Source: an uncultured Gammaproteobacteria bacterium
GTDB lineage: Bacteria; Patescibacteriota; Microgenomatia; UBA1406; GWC2-37-13
Direction of reading: 5' to 3'
DNA length: 64,000 nucleotides
Assembly: GCA_964530005.1 (NCBI GenBank)
Contig: CAZGZD010000001.1
Coordinates: forward strand, 33,541-97,540
Part shown: in pieces, positions 1-8,633 of the stretch
Position numbering within the stretch: the first letter of the stretch is position 1
How the letters are laid out: every line of letters starts with the position of its first letter
The notes under the pieces: model-generated
The model's input: only the letters and a program-made list of their open reading frames with translations
Databases searched by the model: none
What the model was told of the DNA's origin: nothing
Made by a program: the position numbers and the translations under genes

Positions 1-744
1 TTCGTACTCTTGCTTTGTCGCGTACCCCCATGCCGTGTGATATTCGTTTTCATGTGATGCTGGATGTGTGATAAGTTCAGCAATTTCGCTTTTTTTTCGT
101 TTTTTCAACTCAGACTCAATGATCCCCTTATCCAGATGTCCTTGATGATCAACTCCATACACTGCGGCAGGATATGTAATCTCAAGTTTTCTGTCTTTTA
201 TTTTCTGAATAAGCCTTTTGCTTAGGACTTTATATATATATCCCTTAAGCTCCGATGCGTTGAGTATTACACGAATATATTTAATATTGTTTTCAACTGC
301 AAGATCAAGAATCACATCCTGAAGCTGAGGTAGAAGATGAATATGGCCATGGGAGTTGAGAAATGTAATTTTTAATCCTGCCCGCTTTGCCCTGTCAATC
401 TGGGCGCTCCACTCAGCTCGTATCTCGATAATACTCAGTGCCCCAAACATCACGCCTGTGGCAACTGCGATATGTCGCCCCCCTATAAATCCGCCTCTTT
501 TGTTTACGAGGCTTCTCACGTTGGAGGCGTGAAGTATTGGCCTCCCATCTGTCAGATTCAGATGCACTCCCACCTCAAGTCTCGGCGTCTTTTTTAAAGC
601 GCTCACTGACTCCTTAAAGTATTCGGTACCGACAATAATAGATACACGATTCACAACGCCCATATTATGCAGCTTCAAAATTCCCTCGTTGATTGCTGGG
701 TGAAGTCCAAAATCGTCAGCTGTGACGTACAGAGTAGATTTCAT
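1..744 (-). CDS. ChbG/HpnK (YdjC) family carbohydrate deacetylase; 3' end cut by the window edge
   Basis: My own minus-strand translation from the ATG at 744-742 gives MKSTLYVTADDFGLHPAINEGI...FLNSHGHIHLLPQ...ELITHPA. The ADDFG, HxH and HPA motifs are typical of the YdjC family. The frame stays open to position 1, so it is absent from the ORF track. Confidence 0.75.
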   Translation of the reverse strand, partial: MKSTLYVTADDFGLHPAINEGILKLHNMGVVNRVSIIVGTEYFKESVSALKKTPRLEVGVHLNLTDGRPILHASNVRSLVNKRGGFIGGRHIAVATGVMFGALSIIEIRAEWSAQIDRAKRAGLKITFLNSHGHIHLLPQLQDVILDLAVENNIKYIRVILNASELKGYIYKVLSKRLIQKIKDRKLEITYPAAVYGVDHQGHLDKGIIESELKKRKKSEIAELITHPASHENEYHTAWGYATKQEYE

Positions 745-769
745 GAGATTTATAAGTGTAGCAAAGATG

Positions 770-1570
770 TCAACGGCTTAGCAAGAGACCGATACGTCGG
801 AGATTGAAAGCCCGAAATATAGCGACTACATAAGGCTTTGGATTTAATTTGATGAGCCGGCTCGTAAGTGGCGCGAAGTAAAATACACCCATCTCACGAA
901 TGATTCCTAGTATGGTATTCATACCCGACAGTGTTGACTGTCCGTACTCACGCGGGTAATAGTCTGTTCCTATCTGATAAATCGGCATGCCTGCACGACT
1001 TGCTTTGATAATTATTTCGGCATCGATAAATGACCCACTGGAATTCAGCTTCAACCTTTTAAGTGCTGACTTTTTTATAAGCTTAAAGGAAAAATTGATA
1101 TCCTTCATCTTGACTCCAAAAAGAAGACGAATCATAAAATTGTAGGCAAAAGAATATATGATTCTTCGTACACCCTCACTTGTTCGATCAAGTCTAAATC
1201 CAGCGATAATATCTGCTTTACGATAGCTCATAACGCGGAGAGCCTTCGCAAGATCATAAAAATCAAAAGGCATATCGGCATCGACATAAAAAATTATGTC
1301 ACATTTTGCCCTTGCAAATCCAGCTCGAAGCGTGGCCCCCAGACCCATATTGCGTCTGTTGTTCACAATTGTGAGATATGGTCTTGATTTTTGGAGCTCT
1401 TGAAGTATTGAGGCTGTAGCATCGGTACTTTTGTCGTTTACGACTATAATCTCAAAGTCAGATACTATATTCGTAAGTACCTTTTCAAGCGACTGTACTG
1501 TGTGCGCTATGTACTCCTCTTCATTGTAAGCCGGTACCACCACAGAGACAGAGGGATTATTATATATCAT
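770..1570 (-). CDS. Glycosyltransferase family 2 (DPM1/GtrB-like polyprenol-phosphate glycosyltransferase)
   Basis: 266-aa ORF. Motifs VSVVVPAYNEEEYI, VVNDKSTDAT and YVDADMPF (DxD) fit the GT-A fold GT2 pattern. Confidence 0.85.
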   Translation of the reverse strand: MIYNNPSVSVVVPAYNEEEYIAHTVQSLEKVLTNIVSDFEIIVVNDKSTDATASILQELQKSRPYLTIVNNRRNMGLGATLRAGFARAKCDIIFYVDADMPFDFYDLAKALRVMSYRKADIIAGFRLDRTSEGVRRIIYSFAYNFMIRLLFGVKMKDINFSFKLIKKSALKRLKLNSSGSFIDAEIIIKASRAGMPIYQIGTDYYPREYGQSTLSGMNTILGIIREMGVFYFAPLTSRLIKLNPKPYVVAIFRAFNLRRIGLLLSR

Positions 1571-1654
1571 ATAGATTTATGCAATATATCCTCACAAAAG
1601 GAAATAATAGATTCTATAGTATACTATAGGGCTCAATATTATTCAAGAGAAGAA

Positions 1655-2200
1655 CTATGTCCTTTGGAGTTGGTCTGTCGCGTAGTAAGAGACGATCGAT
1701 GTCGCAACAATTACATTGAGCGATGTGTTAATGCCATACATCGGAATCTCAGCAATCTGGTCACACAGATCGAGTGTCTCTATTTTGACACCGTAGGTCT
1801 CATTGCCCACTACAAGGGCAAGTGGCGAGCTGTACTGTATCTCCCTATAATCTTTTGCCCGACTATCCTGCTCGACTCCTATAATCTGTATCGTATTTTT
1901 TGTCTTCAATCTCAATTCCGAAATCGCGTCACTTGCCATCTTCCGATATTCCCACGGCACTACCTTGTATGTGCCCACAGATGCTTTCTTGATTTTATGA
2001 TTTGGAGGTACTTCACAATCTCCACATAGGTATATTTCAGAGGCAGCCACAGCATCAGCCAACCGAAAAAGACCACCAATATTATACGTATCATACACAT
2101 CCTCAAGGATGATAAAGATTGGTGCTCGAGATATTGATTTGGACTTTTGTATCGCCACGTCTTTGTCAACATTCCGTAGTTCCTTCGCTGTCAACTTCAT
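1655..2200 (-). CDS. TrmH/SpoU family RNA 2'-O-methyltransferase
   Basis: 181-aa ORF. Motifs NIGGLFRLADAV, ALVVGNETYGV and IPMYGINTSLNVIVATSI match SpoU methylase motifs 1-3. Confidence 0.8.
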   Translation of the reverse strand: MKLTAKELRNVDKDVAIQKSKSISRAPIFIILEDVYDTYNIGGLFRLADAVAASEIYLCGDCEVPPNHKIKKASVGTYKVVPWEYRKMASDAISELRLKTKNTIQIIGVEQDSRAKDYREIQYSSPLALVVGNETYGVKIETLDLCDQIAEIPMYGINTSLNVIVATSIVSYYATDQLQRT

Positions 2201-2247
2201 AATATATTATACCTTATAGGAGAATATTGCACTATTGAGTCCTATAG

Positions 2248-2276
2248 TTGACATTTGATATACCCTGTAGTATAAT
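2248..2276 (+). promoter_or_regulatory. Sigma-70-type promoter: TTGACA, 17-nt spacer, TATAAT
   Basis: Consensus -35 at 2248-2253 and consensus -10 at 2271-2276. The ATG at 2286 lies 9 nt after the -10, so the leader is near zero. Confidence 0.55.
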
Positions 2277-2285
2277 ACCATCTAT

Positions 2286-2945
2286 ATGAGAAATGTCCTT
2301 GTGTATGCGTCGCTTGTCTTCTTGTTTCTTATTGCAGTTGTAAGTACTGCGTACGGATCTTATGGCCAATATGAACCCACTCCATCGAAAGCTATCCTGA
2401 TCGACAAACAGGTCGCCAAGCCATCTGACGAGAAAGGTGGAGGCAACAGCCAGGACTATGCTGATAATCTTAGTCCCTCTGATCCCCGATTTGTACCAGA
2501 TCAGCATGTATTCTTTAAGCTTATTGTCAAAAATACCTCAGATACTGAGCTTACAGACGTTGAAGTGACAGACTCTGTCCCCGACTTTTTGGTACCAGTC
2601 GCTCATCCTGGCAACTTTGACTCAGACAGCCGTGAGATCACTTTCAATGCTGGCGATTTTGCTATTGATGAGGAAAAGACATATATTCTTGAGATGAAGT
2701 TCGTAGGCGATGGCGATCTGCCAGATGACCACAGCATCACCTGTGTCGTAAACGAAGCTCGAGCCAAATCTGATGATGTTGAAGATGAAGATACAGCGCA
2801 GGCGTGCGTCGAAAAACAGGTCGATGAGGAATCAACAATCGAGACAATACCATCGACAGGTCCTGAGCTTATGGGGCTTGTGGTTGCGGCTGAGATGGCT
2901 ACACTTGGTGCCGGTATCTACCTTAATCGCAAAACTCGAAAATAA
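2286..2945 (+). CDS. Cell-surface protein with N-terminal signal/TM, DUF11-like beta domain and LPXTG-like C-terminal sorting signal
   Basis: 219 aa with a hydrophobic N-terminus (LVFLFLIAVVSTAYG). The C-terminus is IPSTGPE, then a hydrophobic stretch, then RKTRK, which is sortase-substrate architecture. Confidence 0.7.
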   Translation: MRNVLVYASLVFLFLIAVVSTAYGSYGQYEPTPSKAILIDKQVAKPSDEKGGGNSQDYADNLSPSDPRFVPDQHVFFKLIVKNTSDTELTDVEVTDSVPDFLVPVAHPGNFDSDSREITFNAGDFAIDEEKTYILEMKFVGDGDLPDDHSITCVVNEARAKSDDVEDEDTAQACVEKQVDEESTIETIPSTGPELMGLVVAAEMATLGAGIYLNRKTRK

Positions 2946-3112
2946 ACTGATTTAAGAGTACATCTCTCTCCTATATTCTCCATTCTTACGTTATTTTATT
3001 ACCCTCTTCCTAAGTCAACCTCAATCAACTTACAATGTGTAGTGTGTGTAAAAGGGCTTTTGTGCACGTCTTGTGTATAAACAAAAATATGTTGTTGCAG
3101 AAGGGACTATCA

Positions 3113-3141
3113 TTGACTTTAGCCTTAAAATATGCTACACT
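3113..3141 (+). promoter_or_regulatory. Promoter-like TTGACT, 17-nt spacer, TACACT with no ORF behind it
   Basis: -35 at 3113-3118 and -10 at 3136-3141. More than 500 nt of hairpin-rich sequence without a convincing ORF follows. Confidence 0.35.
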
Positions 3142-3539
3142 ATGGGTTAATATTGTGGGGGTAAGGGGGCACTATGCGCGCCACCTATTTATGCCTTTTG
3201 CAGTATTAAGTCAGTCGCTGGTATTGACCCCTTGTATTTGCATACAGGGTGGGAGCTGAAGATCTTAGATATTTATTGTCTAAGGTACGAAGCACTGCGA
3301 TATCGGCCGCACCTTTACATTAAGGGTAGAGATAGTATAGGAGTTGGAGCTTAGCATTTGCTTGCTAAGTGTACGGCCAATATATGAGTCTCAAACAGAA
3401 AAATCAAACCTATTTAGATAAAGTTGTATGGTAGTGAGGGTTGATATTGGGGAGATACTCCTTTCGAAGTACGCGGATGTTTCCATTTTGCAGATAAAGC
3501 TAAAAGCATTGTCTGTAGAGTGGAAACATTCGACAACTA

Positions 3540-4450
3540 AGAGAGGAAAGAGAGGTGACAAAGCAGATCAAGAAGACACGCCGTCGTGGAGGAAACCGAA
3601 CCGAGAAAAGGAACGGAAGAGTCCAAGATGGTCGACGAAGCAAGATCCGAAACACAACCAAGAAAGGCTAGGGTCATCATGACCAAGCGCACCCCCAAGA
3701 CCAGGTGGCTGATCGCCATCCTGGCAACCGCCATGCTGCTGCTCTCCGGCTGCAGCCTGATCGGTAACAACGACGACAGCCCGACGACGACGGCGACCAG
3801 CTCGGCGACCGAGGCCACCACGGCCACGGACGACGGCGGCGGGACGACCGACGTCAGCAGCGACGACCTCGCGCACTTCGTGCCGAGAGAACTCGCCGAG
3901 GGTGAGGAGCTGACCGCGATCGCTGGAACCTGTGTGGAGGGAGACGTCACTGTCATCCTCACTGCAGGAGCCCGACCGGTCTTCGACGATCTCAGCGACA
4001 CGGGGCACCTCACGTGCTTCAACTCGCCGACGAACGTCGTCAGCACATACGCCTCGCACATCAGCGCGGCAACCCGGGACGAGCACGTCAGCAACATGCT
4101 CCACCTTGCGGGCCAGTGCGGTATGCCTCACGGCTGCCCACGCTTGCACGTGTTGGTGTGTGAAGATGGCGCGATCGTCGAAGACTACTGGGCCAACCGG
4201 TAGCAAGTTCGCAAGTTCGCGAACTAACAACTAGAGTTTGTGCTCCAGCCTTCCAGTCTTGAGAGGGTACCATAGCACGTTCTCGTGGAGAGTAGGGATG
4301 ATATTCTGACCCTTGGGAGAATTTTTAGCACGCGTCTTCGGACAAATGCTTAGGATTCGGCTTTATGCCATGTATATGTTCGCTTGATCGCCCGGCTTAC
4401 CCCGCCCCGCGACCCCTCGATCCGTGACCCCCGTCACACATATACATTCC
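3540..4450. other. Compositionally foreign GC-rich segment
   Basis: Long ORFs open in several frames on both strands, a GC-rich signature. Nearly every codon of the 3679-4203 frame ends in G or C, unlike all neighbouring genes. Confidence 0.6.
3679..4203 (+). CDS. Lipoprotein of unknown function with high-GC (actinobacterial-style) codon usage
   Basis: The internal ATG at 3679 of ORF 3586..4203 gives MTKRTPKTRWLIAILATAMLLLSGCSLIG: a basic n-region, a hydrophobic core and an LSGC lipobox. A T/S/D-rich linker follows. GC3 is strikingly high. Confidence 0.65.
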   Translation: MTKRTPKTRWLIAILATAMLLLSGCSLIGNNDDSPTTTATSSATEATTATDDGGGTTDVSSDDLAHFVPRELAEGEELTAIAGTCVEGDVTVILTAGARPVFDDLSDTGHLTCFNSPTNVVSTYASHISAATRDEHVSNMLHLAGQCGMPHGCPRLHVLVCEDGAIVEDYWANR

Positions 4451-4493
4451 CCTCTCCTTAAGCAGTGAGTAATTTACTGGTTGTTTGAGGAGG

Positions 4494-4515
4494 CTGCTCA
4501 AAGTACTTTGAGCAG
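4494..4515. repeat. Perfect 22-bp palindrome ctgctcaaagtactttgagcag
   Basis: Read directly from the sequence. It sits at the right edge of the GC-rich segment, upstream of gene 4632. It could be a hairpin or a dimeric operator. Confidence 0.5.
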
Positions 4516-4631
4516 AATTTATAAAAATTAGTTCTCAATTTTCTGATACTAAGAAATTGTGTCAAGAAAAATATGTCGTATATAAAGTCCGTAGATGCTA
4601 CATTGACAAATTAACAATCATATAGTTCATA

Positions 4632-5357
4632 ATGAGAAAAATCACCAAAAGAAGACGTATATTGAATAGTGACGAAAGCATTATTGTCATCTCCCGCTAC
4701 AGGACCGACACAATCCTTGAATCACAAAAAGCCCTCAAAAAGCTTGCCAAAAAACAGCAAATCCTCGTATTTGCCCAGCGCGCCGGACGAAAAAGGCGCC
4801 ACAGTGAGCCGGACAATCTCACAATCTACCGTCTCTGGACGTGGAATAGGCCATTGTCATTATTTTCGATTATCAAACCTCTCATAAAATACAACAAAGT
4901 CAGAAATATCTTGATCCAGTTTGATTTTCGGACGTTTGGACGGAATTTCAACTCCAATCTTATCGTTCCACTTGTATTATTTCTCCTCAAGATGACCAAC
5001 AAGCGTATCTATTTTGAATTCCATAGCTTTGTGCCTACGCAGCGAATTCGCAAGAATACCCCACTTAAGAAAAAAATTCAAAGACGAATATTCAATATTA
5101 CACTTCAAATACTATATACATATATAAATAGTATGAGCACGAATATCATCGTATTCAAACCATCCCTACGCACATCTCTTGCGGCATTTGTGCCTGAAAG
5201 TCGGATTATCCAACTTCCATCTACTCTTGTTCAGATAAGACGAAGTAAAGCAACTCCAGCGTCCCGAAAAAAGCTCCAGAGGACAGTTGATGACTACAGC
5301 GCAATCATCACCACACCCTACGATATAAGCCAAAGATACTCACTTGGAATTAAATAA
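4632..5357 (+). CDS. Basic hypothetical protein, possibly a half-size (N-terminal Rossmann half) GT4-like glycosyltransferase
   Basis: 241-aa ORF in a codon style like its neighbours, immediately upstream of the large GT-C-like membrane protein. I saw no catalytic EX7E half. Confidence 0.45.
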   Translation: MRKITKRRRILNSDESIIVISRYRTDTILESQKALKKLAKKQQILVFAQRAGRKRRHSEPDNLTIYRLWTWNRPLSLFSIIKPLIKYNKVRNILIQFDFRTFGRNFNSNLIVPLVLFLLKMTNKRIYFEFHSFVPTQRIRKNTPLKKKIQRRIFNITLQILYTYINSMSTNIIVFKPSLRTSLAAFVPESRIIQLPSTLVQIRRSKATPASRKKLQRTVDDYSAIITTPYDISQRYSLGIK

Positions 5358-5384
5358 CCCTCCGCAACAAGTACAATAAATCTT

Positions 5385-8300
5385 ATGAGGCGATTTTTGA
5401 AAAATCACTGGCCACCAGTTGTACTGGTGCTTATCACAATACTACTTTCTGCCCTCAACTACACGCCTGGCACGTATTTGACTGGTTGGGATACGCTTCA
5501 CCCTGAGTTTGATTTTGGCATCAATTTCAAAAGACTTATAAATGGCGTCTGGAGACCAGAGCAAGGGCTAGGCGCAATCGCCGGACATAGCCATATGAGT
5601 GATCTGCCACGGATAATTTTTATGTATTTGATGTCAGCAGTCGCCCCACTATCTTTCTTAAGATATTCCTATGTATTCCTGTGTCTTATACTTGGTCCAC
5701 TTGGCATATATTACCTTATTCGCTATCTGCTTACGAGCTCCGCACACCACCCCCAAAATCTAAAAAAAGATCATATCTCGACAATAGTTGGCTTTCTGGC
5801 TGGGCTTTTGTATATCTTTAATCTGTCAACTGTCCAGATATTTGCGGTGCCTTTTGAGATGTTTCCGACACAATATGCAGCGCTACCTTGGATTATGCTT
5901 TTTTCATTAAAGTTCCTACGAGTCGGAGGCCGGAAGAACCTGCTAATTCTGGCATGCGTGACGCTTATATCCACTCCACAAGCATATGCTGCTCATTTGT
6001 GGATTGCATTCTTCCCGCTCTATGTACTTTTTCTGTGTATGTTCTGGGTCATGCAACCGAAAAAAGAAGTTGCCAAAAGAGGAATTCTACTTATCGTTGT
6101 GACGATTCTGGTCAACTCGTACTGGCTCCTTCCAAATCTCTATTATGATGCTTTCGATTATCAGATTCCTATAGACACAAAGCAAAATAGAATTTTTTCC
6201 CAAGAATACCGAATCAAAAATAGAGAATTTGGATATATCGCAGATGTTTCGATAGTGCGTGGATTTCTTTTTAATTGGGAAATACACGATTTTCAAAAAG
6301 ACAAGAGCGTGCAGCTACTTGAGCCATGGAGACAACACCTGGCGAATCCAATCATACTGATTTTTGAGTATATAGTGAGCATTTTTGCACTCGCCGGAAT
6401 CATCTTGGCAGTTTATAAAAAGAAAAAACTTTTCTTGATATTTATTCCATTTGTCATACTTCCGGTCATATTACTCACAAACAGCACACCGCCTTTTTCC
6501 AATTTTTTTGATTTTCTGATACTCAATCCTCTCCTTCGGGAGACTTTGAGATTTGTATTTACGAAGCTCGCTCATCTTTTATTATTTGCATTAGTAATAT
6601 ACTTCTCACTTGCGTTGAGCATAATGCTCCCCTATCTTACACAACTGAATCGGAGACTTCTAATCGGGCTACTTGTCGTTGGGTTTATTGCTTTTGGCTA
6701 TCCTGCCTATCAAGGCAATCTTATCTCACCAAAACTTCGTATAAATATCCCCCAGAAGTATTTTGACTTCTGGCAGTTTATGAAACATCAAGATGATGGT
6801 GTGGTTCTTTCACTACCCCTGCATGAATTTACAGGTTGGACATTTACTGACTGGGAGTATCAGGGATCAGGCTTTTTGTGGTTTGGACTCAAACAACCGC
6901 TTATCGATCGAGACAACGATCGCTGGAGTAAATCAAATGAGCGGGCGTACCGCGAATTCTGGTATGCGCTCTACTCGCAAAATCCCGCACTTTTTGCCTC
7001 AAATCTGGAGAAATTTAATATTCAATATATAGAAATAGACACAAGTGTGATATCCGAATCAAGAAAAAATGAAAACCAGATAATCTTTACTCGCGAGACA
7101 AATATGTTACTTGATCAACTCGTGAAAAATAAGATTCTGACTAAAATCTACGACACAAGTGGAATACGAGTATATAAAACTAGCAAAAAAAAGTTATATA
7201 TAAGCGCGGTGTCGACTCCTCCCAATGTAGGACCTCCCTACATATGGACATTTGAGGACGAAGCATTTAGGCAATATGGCACATATACCACAAGGCGTCA
7301 AGAAAAAGAGAATGAGGATATTATATATCCATTTCGGGCACATACCATAGTCTCTGATCGACTTTCAAGGGAAAATGTGCACATTGATGAGAGCTCAAAC
7401 AGTCTCTTTATTCCAATTGATAATACAAGCGCATTGAAGACGCTGCTTGTGCCAGAATTCAATCAGACTGAAAGCATAATATATGCAGACTTATATTATG
7501 ATACAAACGCAGTACAAAAAGATAGAATAATCCTCAAACTACTTGTGCCTAATTTATACGACAATATTCGCTATATAGCAGTCAATCCGATAGAGTCTGG
7601 ACAAAATAAGATCACGATAAACGGCAAAGATATATCTTATCCCGCTGGGCTGCATACTTCCTCAAAAACACCCATATATCTATCACATATCGCTCTACTT
7701 ACAAAAAAGCCGAATATGATAAATGGTAAAAAATTCAATCTCTCGCTTTCTTTGAAAAAAACACCAGACTCAATTTTGAGAATTCCTTTATCAAGGGAAA
7801 AAATAGACCTGAAAGCACGTGACATCTATAACCAAAATATAAATGACAAAAATATTTATCTATCTGATAATTCCACTCTGACCATATATGCTAAAAACTC
7901 ATCAACAGGAGTCTTAATCGATCTTAAAAACCTTCACCACTCTACAGGATATATTCTGGTGACTCAATCGGCAAATAAAGAAGGAATACCTTTCAGAGTT
8001 TGCCTCAGAAACCTCTATTCCAAAAACTGTGTGCTCTACGACGAGCTTTCAGCATCAAAATCACTATCGCAGGATGCTTTTCTTATCCCTCCGATGGATC
8101 AAAACTTGGGTTATACGCTTTCATTTGATAGTCTATCATATGGCAGTTACGCTTCAATAAACGAATTGTCGGACGTGACCCTCTATCCTATTCCCTATAA
8201 TTTTCTATCCCAACTTCAACTAATAAACACGCAGAGCCCACCAACCCGAGCCCAAAAAGTATCTTCTGAATTCAAAAAAATAAGCTCGTTTAAATATATA

Positions 8301-8633
8301 GCTCAAGTATCTGCCAAAACAAATAGCTATCTCATCTTTAAACAAAGTTCTCATCCCGGCTGGCTCGCTTTTCAACTCCCGATTTCAGAAAACAAACTTA
8401 CAGAATGGATCTCAAATAGCTTCCCATTCATATTGGGCAAAAGATTAGAACACGTTGAAGTAGATAACTGGGCCAATGGGTGGAAGCTGGAACCAAATAG
8501 TCAAAATCAACTCGTTGTGATTATATTCTGGCCACAATACCTTGAGTTTGCTGGCTTCGGCCTTCTTATCTTGGCAGTTCTCTCTACTCTTTATCTATCA
8601 AAAAAAGAGCTTGTCGTAACTCGTGAAAACTAG
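5385..8633 (+). CDS. Large polytopic membrane protein, GT-C-like (DUF3367/AftD-like) putative glycosyltransferase
   Basis: 1082 aa with more than 10 hydrophobic helices in the first ~480 aa. The first-loop motif is GWDTLHPEFDFGINFKRLINGVWRPEQGLG. A large soluble C-terminal part ends in a terminal TM helix. Confidence 0.6.
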   Translation: MRRFLKNHWPPVVLVLITILLSALNYTPGTYLTGWDTLHPEFDFGINFKRLINGVWRPEQGLGAIAGHSHMSDLPRIIFMYLMSAVAPLSFLRYSYVFLCLILGPLGIYYLIRYLLTSSAHHPQNLKKDHISTIVGFLAGLLYIFNLSTVQIFAVPFEMFPTQYAALPWIMLFSLKFLRVGGRKNLLILACVTLISTPQAYAAHLWIAFFPLYVLFLCMFWVMQPKKEVAKRGILLIVVTILVNSYWLLPNLYYDAFDYQIPIDTKQNRIFSQEYRIKNREFGYIADVSIVRGFLFNWEIHDFQKDKSVQLLEPWRQHLANPIILIFEYIVSIFALAGIILAVYKKKKLFLIFIPFVILPVILLTNSTPPFSNFFDFLILNPLLRETLRFVFTKLAHLLLFALVIYFSLALSIMLPYLTQLNRRLLIGLLVVGFIAFGYPAYQGNLISPKLRINIPQKYFDFWQFMKHQDDGVVLSLPLHEFTGWTFTDWEYQGSGFLWFGLKQPLIDRDNDRWSKSNERAYREFWYALYSQNPALFASNLEKFNIQYIEIDTSVISESRKNENQIIFTRETNMLLDQLVKNKILTKIYDTSGIRVYKTSKKKLYISAVSTPPNVGPPYIWTFEDEAFRQYGTYTTRRQEKENEDIIYPFRAHTIVSDRLSRENVHIDESSNSLFIPIDNTSALKTLLVPEFNQTESIIYADLYYDTNAVQKDRIILKLLVPNLYDNIRYIAVNPIESGQNKITINGKDISYPAGLHTSSKTPIYLSHIALLTKKPNMINGKKFNLSLSLKKTPDSILRIPLSREKIDLKARDIYNQNINDKNIYLSDNSTLTIYAKNSSTGVLIDLKNLHHSTGYILVTQSANKEGIPFRVCLRNLYSKNCVLYDELSASKSLSQDAFLIPPMDQNLGYTLSFDSLSYGSYASINELSDVTLYPIPYNFLSQLQLINTQSPPTRAQKVSSEFKKISSFKYIAQVSAKTNSYLIFKQSSHPGWLAFQLPISENKLTEWISNSFPFILGKRLEHVEVDNWANGWKLEPNSQNQLVVIIFWPQYLEFAGFGLLILAVLSTLYLSKKELVVTREN

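Noticed and set aside
1502-2029. Plus-strand ORF of 175 aa
   Set aside because: It is antisense to the TrmH/SpoU gene, whose frame carries all three SpoU motifs.
3537-4273. Minus-strand ORFs 3537..4097, 3568..4230 and 4088..4273, and plus-strand ORF 3932..4234
   Set aside because: GC-rich DNA keeps several frames open. Only the 3679..4203 frame gives a coherent lipoprotein signal and strong G/C third-position bias.
4380-4405. The string gcccggcttac resembles the conserved 3' P4 strand of bacterial RNase P RNA
   Set aside because: No matching GAGGAAAGTCCGGGC-type 5' P4 strand lies at a suitable distance upstream, and a protein-coding segment occupies the intervening sequence. Probably coincidence.
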